Assembly (NCBI GenBank): GCA_023920165.1
Contig: CP089277.1
Span: 558,001 to 622,000 of the forward strand
Direction: 5' to 3'
DNA from: Curvularia clavata
Lineage: Eukaryota
DNA: 64,000 nt
The position numbers and the translations under genes were made by a program. Within the stretch, counting starts at the first letter, position 1, and each line of letters begins with the position of its first letter. The notes under the pieces are model-generated. The model had not been told where the DNA came from. It saw nothing but the letters and a program-made list of their open reading frames with translations, and searched no databases. This document shows positions 38,501-49,036 of this stretch, in pieces.

Positions 38501-39889
38501 AAATTTTACACAATCAGCGTGGAATGAACCAGTAGGATAGGAATGTACCGTTCATCGCTTTTGCCGGAGAAAAACTTCATAAGAATAACATCTTGATTCT
38601 ATGTAAGAAGGTAGAAAGAGAGGATATGCCCCCGAATAAGTGAAAGCAAAGTAGTAGGTTAGTGACATTGGGACCTCTCGAAGACCTTTACTAAACCCAA
38701 GCTGTGGTAATAAGTGAAGAGATTGTTTATATTGTTGTTGTCTTCTATTACACTACCCAGGTCGAACGGTCCAAAGAATGTTGTTGCTCCCAGTGACTGA
38801 TGAGCAGCAAACGCGCATGACATGAGTCCCAATACGCAAACAAACGACCTGAACACATATCACGCATCATGCACACGTTAAAGCATGGACTTTACGTGAC
38901 GTACATGTATATCCCAATATTGCCTATCCTTCCATCAACCAATTCTCACTCCTCGATGGTCGGGTGGGCTTCTAGCAGGACACTGGGTGGGTATCCAGAT
39001 AATAAGCCGCCCTCCCCCAAACATTCGAACTGCTATTGAGGCCATAGGAGAGAACTAACAACTACACACTTAGTGTCCTACAAATACTATGGGTTGCTGA
39101 GCTAGAAGGGCGATCGTTTGAATCCGGACGGTTGTTGGAGCAACAAATACTTAGAGGAATGAGAACTGGTTGATTCTTTGCTCTTTTTTTTTCCATAGCA
39201 TCAACCAACACGTATATTTTTTCTTGTCTTCTTCCCCCTAGACGGTTAGATAAGAGCATCTCAATCACGACAGTAGATCATCAGGTATAAAGCTTTAAGA
39301 CGTATAGTGGTAATTATATTTGAAAAGTAAGAAACAAAGTACCATTTCCCCACGCCGTCATCCTTATCATATCGGTCGTCACTCATGATCCTCTCCCCAT
39401 CCCACCCACCCTTTAATCCCTAGATCTCGTCCATTGCGTAGAGAAGGATTGTGACGAACCGCGTGCATACGAAGAAAAACCAAAGAAAACAAGCAAGCAG
39501 AAACTACACGGAAGAAAAAAATACAAAAGGGAATGGGGTATCTCAAGGCTCAGACGAATTATGCTTACCAAGGAAAGGCATTGGAACGTGTCGCTCCCAC
39601 CGACCGCAAAAGCCCTCGTTTGTCGGTTCTCATGCTTCGTCTTCTCACGAGCCGGTGAAGAGATGGGATACAAACTCGAACAAGGAAAAACCGGAATCCT
39701 CGAGTGAGACGCCGGCAATGCTGTAAGGAAAACCTAGAAAAAGAAAGAGTCGTAGTCCAAGGAGTGGGCCAGTAGCGAACGTAAAGAAGTATGCTCAGCT
39801 GATCCGGCATGTTGAGTGCCGTTTTCAGAACCACTCCTAAACCTTCTGGAGCCAGATTAGCAAGTGTTGAGCAGTGGACAGCGTGATGC

Positions 39890-40991
39890 TCAGATCTCCA
39901 TCCTCTCCACAACACCTTCGCTCATCGTCCGTACTTTGCTGACTGCTCTCTCCCTACCAACCAGTGATTCAACATCGCTGTCTGCATCGCTCTCGAAGTA
40001 GTAATCAGCGTCCATGCTCATTTCTCTTGCTGGGAGGTATTGCTCCTCATCTGCATCAACGACCTCGCCAGGGTGATCAATCACCATGTTGTCGAGCTCA
40101 TCGCTCTCGCCATACGCTTCAAGTCCCTTTTTGGCACGGGCTCCAAGCCAGTACTCGGCGCGCTTCCGGCTGCCAGCGTTAGTGGACGACTCGTACTTTG
40201 ACGCCTTGAACTTGGACATGAGAGACATGGCAACGCTGGGCGAGCTTGAGAGTGCCGATATGCCACGGAGGTAGAAGTAGGCGACTCGCTTGCGCTCCTT
40301 GTTGTAGAGGAAGAAGTGGTGACTCCAGATTGCACCGTCATCAGCAAACGGGTCATCTGAGGGCTCCCAAGCGTAGTATTCGCACTTTGCCATGTCCATC
40401 TCACTGTCAACTAGCTGCCATGAGCGAGGACTCCATATCGGTGAGCCGAGCGGGGTGACTGCGCCCGCGGGCAGGCCGGCGGAATAAACCTGTGGTCGGA
40501 GGTAGTACATGGTAGTGTCGATTTTGTGCATGAAGCTCTGCATCGTCTCGCGGCGGAATTCATCGGGGTTCAATGTGTTTGCGAAATCGTAGTCAATGTG
40601 GGTTGCATTGAGCGTTGCGATGAGGTAGGCAAACGTATGGCGGTTTGCGGCCTCGCTGAAGGAGCCAAATGGCGTGTCTCTGGAAATGTCAAGTTGACCA
40701 GCAAACTGCGCAGCCGACTGTTCCGACAGCCCCGCAACTGCAGAGAGCAGGTCCTTGTGTCGCTCCTCCAACGTCCGCTCGATGCGCTTGTACAATTTCT
40801 TGTCACTTCCAGCTGCCTTGACAGTCCACAGATCGCATCCGCCGATGATGGCTGTGTCTTGGGTGTCGAAGTTGAGGGCGAGGTTGACCTCGTGGAGGGC
40901 GCACAAATCAAGGTACTGCGTCATCAGATTAGCTACATCATTACCACATGACCATCACCGCGGCCTTGTCGCATCCTACACTCACCTTCAT
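39890..40991 (-). CDS. maf1: Repressor of RNA polymerase III transcription Maf1, ~343 aa; exons 40991-40986 (MK), 40915-39890
   Basis: MK|YL start, GGCDLWTVKAAGSDKKLYK, FAYLIATLNATHIDYDF, IWSHHFFLYNKERKRVAYFY, and an acidic tail. Confidence 0.93.
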
Positions 40992-42277
40992 GGTAGCGAT
41001 TCTGAGACCTTGTGTATATTGGTGTCTGCGAAGATAGTGTTGGAGGCGGTTGGTAATGGCGAGAATGTAATAGGGGTCAGAATGTCGTGGATGCTGGCTG
41101 TGGGCGGTGGTGTGTTCGGGAGGGGTGGCCTGCGCGAACCGATACAACGAGTAAACACGACTCTAGGCTGGCTGCAGAGAGGAGAGGGTACTGTTGTTCG
41201 GCCAGACAGTCGTCTAGCAGGCGGTGGACATGTGTATAGCGTGGGTGGAAGCGTGGTGTGAGGTGTCGCTGTTACGACGTGGTCGCGATTGCGGAGACAG
41301 CGGTGATCGGCTTGGCGGTGTCGCTGCGCTAACAAGGGCATGTGTGTCGGGTCGGCGTTCCTAATTGGTTGATACCGGCCAAGGCCCTCAACCAACGACA
41401 GCGGCTGATAAGCCCAGATGGGTAGTTGGTGAGAAGGGACTGGTGTTGCGTGCCGACGTCAGTTGAATGCCAGCGACGGTCAGTGTGAACGAATACGTAA
41501 CGAGTCATCTCAAGCCGAGCGAGCATGTGAAGTAGGGCAGAACAATTGCCTGGTAACAAACCCCACTGGGCTCGGCAATGTGTCATTTCATAGGTGCCTG
41601 GCAAAGGTTCTGGATGGAGGATCACAAGTTGATCCGAACCCGGCCGCTCTCACGAGGTGCAGATGCGCAGTTACTAGTCAAGTATAGACTATATCTGTTG
41701 CTAAGTGGTTAGGTTTAGCACAGCACCAAGAAAAGGAAAACAGAAGAGAACATGCAACAAAGTCAAGGGCAGAAGTCTCGATAGCATGATGTGAAATCAC
41801 GTTCGAGCTCAGTGAACCACTTGTGTGTCAGACCTAGCTGTGTCGAGCATGGCTCGCCAGTCCGAGGTGTTTGATTGTAGTAGATAGAGTACAGCTACCG
41901 CCATCCGCTCTACAAGGCAGGATGGCAGGTAGTGCGTTCTCCAATAACCCGATTCCCTGCGCAGTATGGTATCGTGTCGCCGCAACGCCTGTCCTTAAGT
42001 GTCTCTGCAGCACAAACCGTGTCGCAGAGACGGGTGCATGCCATGTTCCTAGCAAAAGTCCTACATGATTCCGATGTTTGATGCCGTGAAAGATGGTCCT
42101 GTGTTCGAGTGCGAAGTTCGTGTTTCATATCATGCCATGCTCGCGGAGCCGCTCCTTGAATATCTCGAGATTGCCTTCTTCTTCCTGGAGGGCGAGGCAC
42201 GGTCAGTCAGTGCTAACGGGACGGAGCAGTAACAGCAGCCAGGCCCAGTCTTTGCGATTGTATGCTCCGTAGACGGT

Positions 42278-42985
42278 TTACATAATCTTGGTAACGATGG
42301 CATCCTCAGTCTGGACGACAGGCGCGTCAGCCAGGCGGCGCTTGGATGTAGCGAAGCGGACCGGAAGCGCATCACACTTCACTCACCTCCATGTCCTCGA
42401 GGCTGTCTTGCTGTCCTATGCACCGCAAAACGTTCTTCTTGCTGCTCTCTTGCATCTCGCCGGCAAGCAGGAGCTCGTCGAGGATGAAGTAGGCCTTTTG
42501 AAAGTTGAAGATGATGTCGAGCTCGCAGACGTTGCCGTAGTACTTGTCCATCTGCTCGACATAGCGGTGGACGATTTCGAGCGTAATCAGCTCATTGTCG
42601 GTGGCGTCGCAGCCGGCGATGAAGAAGAGCGAGGCATAGCGGCGGTAGACAACCTTGGTATCTGGTAGCTTGTGAGTCGAGCGAAACCATGACCTCGATT
42701 GATGAGTAAACTGACCCTTGTACTCGAGAAAGTTGCACATGCGGGTGCGGCGGGCAAGAACAAGCTGCGAGACGTCCTTGACAATCTTTGCCTTGTCCTT
42801 GGGAGCGAGCGTGGTGAACCATTTGGCTAGACGCTACGAGCATCAGCAGGGGCACTTTGCATTCTGGGGTGAGGGACCAACCACTTTGCCCTGCCGCGAG
42901 AGCAGAATGAGATATCTGCGTGGATTGTTAGTTTCTATATGGACTTTAAGGGGAGCGCGCAAACGGTCTCTTACTTGATTGTCAT
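42278..42985 (-). CDS. aps1: AP-1 adaptor complex sigma subunit, ~156 aa; exons 42985-42975, 42915-42882, 42833-42716, 42661-42387, 42310-42278
   Basis: [66 protein letters not shown]. Confidence 0.93.
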
Positions 42986-43416
42986 GATGTCGTGTGAGGT
43001 GGAGAGGTGTCGATGGTGCCGTGGCCTCAGAAAGCTCCAGGACGAGTTGGGCGATCGGCGGTCACAGGCCAGCCCCGCGACTTAGACGTCAATGCGCCCT
43101 CATCCCCGCTGCCCTGGACGCAACAGACTGACATGCTGTGAATTCAAACTCGATGCGCCCGTAGTTCTATCGCTTCTACACATCCTCTCTGTGCCTGTTC
43201 TTCGTCTCTACGCTTCTCTATAGTCGCGCTACCTACAGCGACCCAGGCGCGAACATTTTTTGTAAATACGCCCCACTGGCTGACAAACGTCGGTCACTGT
43301 GAACTTCCAACTTAACCTCCCGGGCCCCGTACTCTATTCCTCCACAAAAACCGGAGAGAGACAAGTCAAACAAACCTCATATTTCACGGGCCTCCTGCGC
43401 CCTGTAAACCGCAACC

Positions 43417-44413
43417 ATGAAGCTCGTACTCTCAACCTCGTATGTTCACCTCCTATCCATCCGCTACCCAACCTAACGACTCCAGGAATATCATGTCTGG
43501 CGGGCCTTCTGTGATACGGCGTCCGCTATTTGAAAAGTCAAACACTGAACTTACCTCTTCGCTCCGCGCAAACTTCTCGGCCCACCAGCCCTCGTCAGCG
43601 CCCTCAAAATCAAACTACCGAACGTGGACCACTGCGACCGACTCCGCTCTATACATACCCACACATACCCCCTCGCCGCTTACCGAGCCTCGCGAATCCT
43701 ACGATATCACAGTCAAGCTATTCTACCTCCCAAACATACCCGCCGACCGCCGCTGTGCGCAAACAAGAGAAGCCATAGAACTTGTGCTCAAGGAGCTGGG
43801 AACGTCGTCGATAGATCTCTTGATCGTAAGTTTTCCCGGCATATCCTTCGATGCCGACGACGAAGAATCCGACTTTGAAGACGACGACCCACCCTCCCCG
43901 CCGTCAGCAACGCAATCCACTTCTGAAAACACCTCTGGTGGTTGTATGGACGCAACTGTCCCACCAGAAGACATTGAGACTATGGTGACAACATGGCATG
44001 CGCTCGAGAAACTACAATCAGAAGGCCTCGTTTCAAAACTCGGTATCGCGGAATTCGGTGTCACACGCCTGACGCGCTTCCTCGAGCACACAAAGATAAA
44101 ACCAAGCGTGAACCAGATCAACGTGCGAGATTGCTGTGTCGTGCCCAAGCCGCTTATCCTGTACGCGAAACAACAGCAGATTGAACTACTTACACACAAC
44201 GACTGCACTAATATTCTGCCGAGAGGGACGCTGAGACAGATACTCGGTGCAGGCGAAAATGGCTCGGGCGTCCTGGCAGGAGAAGGCAACGAGGAAGGCC
44301 TCAAGGGAGATGTGGAGCCACAGTGGGTCGTCAAGTACACGGCTGTGGTGAAGGACAGAGGTGTCGTGGAGAACAAGGGGTATTTCGCTGTGGCAGAGCT
44401 ACGCGATCAATAG
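43417..44413 (+). CDS. gclm: Glutamate-cysteine ligase modifier (regulatory) subunit, aldo-keto reductase-like fold, ~316 aa; exons 43417-43439, 43486-44413
   Basis: MKLVLSTS|NIM, YDITVKLF, IDLLIVSFP, LEKL..GLVSKLGIAEF, DCCVVPK, ELLTHND, WVVKYTAVVKDRGVVENKGY. Confidence 0.88.
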
Positions 44414-44699
44414 ACTTGATGAATGAAATATCAATACAAATTACATGCATTGGTCGATTTTTCATAGTGCTATTCGACGGTACCTTTGTATTTTCGAGCC
44501 TCCGCTTGCTTTCACCACTCGTGGATAGAACAGGCTATTTGGTATGTTTTGCTTTACTCCAATTGCCTGAGTGAAAAATCAGATTCAAAGCTATGAGTGC
44601 TGCACGACGTGATGCGGGATTTGCAGATGTTTCGATTAAATCGTGTCTTTGGAGTTCGATAGCTTGACACAGAGCCTTTCTCTCCTGTTACTCTTTCTC

Positions 44700-44876
44700 T
44701 TATCTAGCCATGTCATATCCAAAAACCCCACATCCCTTACAATTCAACCCCTTTCCCCCCTTTCCCAGATTACTTGAAACCAGTGATGCTCCACAAACTT
44801 CGCACTTGAGCTCCTTGTCACTTCCATTGCCCTTTTCACCCTTGCCTTTGCCCTTGTTCTTCGATTCTTTGCCCAT
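44700..44876 (-). CDS. Candidate 58-aa Lys/Gly-rich microprotein with CxxC-x17-CxxC zinc-ribbon motif
   Basis: Hand translation: MGKESKNKGKGKGEKGNGSDKELKCEVCGASLVSSNLGKGGKGLNCKGCGVFGYDMAR*. Start context CAACATGG. It is shorter than any ORF in the track, whose smallest entries are 60 aa. Confidence 0.5.
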   Translation of the reverse strand: MGKESKNKGKGKGEKGNGSDKELKCEVCGASLVSSNLGKGGKGLNCKGCGVFGYDMAR

Positions 44877-47800
44877 GTTGGAGAGTATGTGAATACTAAG
44901 TAGGAGCAGTCCTTATGTACGCTAATGGGTATATTAGGATGAATATTGAGAAGACTTATGTCGGTAGCCGTAGTACTTGAGCAGAGAGTCGTGTGTAGCG
45001 GTGAGTCAAGGAGGAAGAATATGAACCCATGTAGACATATCTTATACCCGTCTGCTTCAATGCGTGGTTACACCATAGCATTCACCTGGGTTTCTTGAAT
45101 GTCCATGTCATTCTCGTTGCGACAGTGAATGATTTCTGTGGTCTACATAAAACAAACTTCTACAATTCACAATTTTCTGGAATTCCATTGGAAGTGACTG
45201 AAGTCGCTTGCATCGTATTCAGTGAATTCAGTGCGCGTTGGATGCTTCGTGACACTGGCACTACTGCTCAATAATGAAACATTGCAACATGTAGACTTGG
45301 GCAGATATACTATTTAAATCTGAGATCTCCATATTCTCAGGCTTTTATAGAAACGTTTACATTCTAGAGACATAGTTGAAGCTAGCGTGATATAGCCATA
45401 AAGTTTCTTACACTCTTGTGTCACTCTTAACTCATATCCACAACTAACTACATAAACAACAACACCAGGTCAAGAAGCATCCTTTCGTTCTTGTCAAGTC
45501 TGCTCATGTAATCGACGTCACAGACTATGAAATGGCTCCTTTCACCTCAGTGTCTAAGCAAACCGCATTTAGCTGTCATGTTCATTGCGTTGCCTAAAAC
45601 AAACAACGCTCATATGCCAGACATCCACATTCCTTTTCCAAGGGTAGCAAAACCTCTTTGAATGAAGATCCATCAACTCATTGGTACACAGGAAGCAAAA
45701 GAACGTGAACGGACTGAATACAAAGTCAGGCTTCTAGGAGAGTGCGATTCCATAGCGCACACTGTGAGAGAATTGATCCGCAATTCACTCTACCGTATAT
45801 GTGTGTGTGTGTCAACAAGTCGCGCTATGCCTTCGCATATGAAATGAAATCGTGATCCAGGAGACTGGGGAAACGGTCTGTTCGCGAGAGTAATCCTACT
45901 AGTAACAAAAAGCACATCTTGATCGCCAACACGACATACTGCACTCTCGATTTGGTGATTGCTAATAGTCTTTTGCGGTCCGAGCTCTCATACTACTTCG
46001 TACATATTTAGCATGTAGGTCAGATGATACGCACTGATAGCGATTGACGCCCAAGCCTCGTGTTCGCTCGGCCTGCTTCCCAACGATTTAAGGCTGAGCA
46101 TCATCTCTGCGCCTGACCTTGCGAAGAACACGGCAATGTCAACTTTGTTGATCTCACTGCTGATCTCTAGAGTTTATATCTAAGAACAGCAGGGTGATGC
46201 GCGGCCATCACGCTGTGGGGTGAATGCCTCGTTATGTTTTTCACAAGATACATACAGGAACCTTGGATACGAAGATTGAAGAGGTTAAGACCTTGAAATT
46301 AGAGATCATTATTTCTTTTGCAATCATCGTCGATAGATCCAAACAACAACGTCATCAAGAAAGACTAAATCCCAAGGACAAGGTTACGTGAGACATGAGG
46401 AAGTTGCTTACTAGTTATTCTAGCCTACAACGCTCATGCCACGACAAAATAAACCTTAGAGCAACCTAAAATAGCAGCAAAGTAAACACGATGCGGCGAA
46501 GTTTGACAACCATGCTTCTTTCTCCCCAGCCTCCCTCGTCATGCTCAGCATCTTACGCGCGCTCACCTACCCCCCAACAGGCACGAGCCCTAAACCATCA
46601 ACGCCATGTACAGCTTATGCACAAAACGCTAAAAACCATAAGCACGATCGACGGCTCATACCGGCCATCGCAAAAACCCCAACATGTGCGTATCACTAAG
46701 CCTCAGCCTCAGCCTTCTCGAACCCAATTACGATGCTCGGCGACCAGCACAGTGAGATCTATCCAGTCCTACGCACATACAGATACACGTCCACGTGTGC
46801 GCGGATGACTGCGGTACAAGATACTACTTGCTAGTCGCCGTTTAGACTTCTTCCATGTCATTTCTGGATCCGGCACTCTGGCATCGCCCATCACAAGTCG
46901 CCGTACGTATCCACACCATCCCCGAAACAAAATCGCGACTCTGGAAAGTCCAGCGCGTATACGTGCGTGTGTATGCGCGCATACGCATCTATTGCACAAA
47001 ATCTTTGGCTCTCCTTACGCAAATCATTTCCCTATTCAGCCGTTCTACCATTTCCCACTTCTCCACCTATTTTGTCCATAGTATTGTATGATATAGGTGC
47101 GCGGTGCAAAGAGCGTAATAAAAAACAACATATGATCCTTGCAATCACCGATTCTTGACACGAGGCCAAAACACGACTCGCTTCGTGTACAATACGTACG
47201 TAAGTTTCTAAGTTAGTGTTTCTGACCGACCGACCGACGACCGAACCGATCGGAGAGAGAGAGAGCGGGCGTTTAAAGTACATGACATGGCATGACATGG
47301 GTTGTGAGGCGCAGCATTAGCGTGGGAGAGCATCACGCATAGGTGGATTATCGGAATCCTCCCGCACATAGCCAAAACGCCCAATCCGGTAAACGCTACG
47401 GCTAAGGAATAAAAGAAAATATAGCAAGACATCACGATCGCGCAGAGCGGGTTAGACCGATGTGACGTGATGTGGGGGTATGCGTGGGTTGGGTGGGTAT
47501 ATTCGCATTGAATTTGCGTTCGTTCACCACACCCTCATCTATATAGCCAAGAAAGTAAGTGGAGACAGGACAAAGATAAGAACACACACAAAAAAACAAG
47601 GAACCTTGGTGCAGAAACGAGATTAAAGCTGCCTTTGCTCATACATGTAAACAAGGCAACCAGAAGTAGACGGGGAAAAGCCAAGCGACGTATGTATGTA
47701 CCCTTAATTTTAATAAAATCTCCCGGTGTATGTATGTGTTTCAAAACAGCCCTTCGGTGATATCTATACCATTTTGCCCCAAACTTTCAAAAAAACCTTA

Positions 47801-49036
47801 CGCCGTTGCACGAACGACAGCGGAGGCAGGCGGCTCGCTCGGACTTGGCGGCCGGGGCGGCCGCATTTGCACAAAATCGGAAACACTGGCCAACGGTTGT
47901 TGCGGCGCCTTTTTTTTTATTTATTTATTTTTGTGTCAAGGGTCACACAGAGAGCGAGAGCGAGAGACAGAGAACGCAAGGGAAGGTAATAGCGGGAAGG
48001 ATGATCACTCATTTTAAAAAACCGCATGATACAGCCCCCACACCAATCCTCTCTGCCTTGGGTGGGTTTAGCTTGAGCCACCCCCGGACAGCGAAGATAA
48101 TGGTATAGTACCGAGGCAAACATGGTTTCCAGCATCATACGTTCTACATTGGTATCAAGGGTAAATGGCTCGTCGGCAAAAAACGAAGACCATTTATCCA
48201 GATAAGGGAAGAGTAATGAGTGAAACACTTCAAGTGACGAGTATACATGGATTGGAGACTTTGTAATTTGTTAAGGATTGTAGCTTTTTTTTTCTTCATT
48301 CAGCTCAATCCACTACCTAGATCCTTCAAGCCTAGGGGCATGTCAGATTGCCCCCAACTAGATTTACCCCTTCCATGCCAGAATACATGGGGATTCTCCT
48401 CTAGGCCTGCTCACTGCAGGCCTCTTCCGCAAAATGTATGCTGCTTCATAAAACGATTGTGGTGAAGGAAAAAGAGACGTCATGCCATGACTGCCAAACG
48501 CTGGCATCATGTTGATACTAGATGAGCATGTCTGGTAGAGAGCCGCAAAGAAAGCGGGGTGCGACCGAGCCAATGTCCATAGGTACATTTGTTGAAAGAA
48601 AAAGTTGTTCAAGGAAAGGCGAGGGCGGTGAACATAAGCCGCCAGAGAGAAAGGAGAGGCCCAGTCAAAAAAGTATCCACAGATTGTATCTTAGTTCCAT
48701 GCACAAAATGCAAATCACAGGATCCCTAGATACCGTTCCTCCCAATGTTCATACAAGGAAAATGTGCCGCAGTCAAGGAAAGTCGAGAAAGGAAACGAAA
48801 AGTCCGGTTCGCGTACGCATGCATCACAACTGTGTTATGCGCCATTAAATATTCATTCGCTGGTAAACTCCGTCGTCATGCGAGAGGAAAGGTGGGATGT
48901 TGGGCTCATTCGAGCAAAGCCATAAAATCGTAGTATCCGGGGGCCGTTGTTGTCAAGCAGCCGTAGGGTGTTGGTGGTGGGGTGTAGAGCGAATGTACTT
49001 GGGAAATCAGTGTCGGTGGTTCACGTGCGTGTGACT

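Noticed and set aside
38659..38856. 65-aa ORF with signal-peptide-like N-terminus (effector candidate)
   Set aside because: Starts at GTG, and the nearby ATG is in another frame; no further support.
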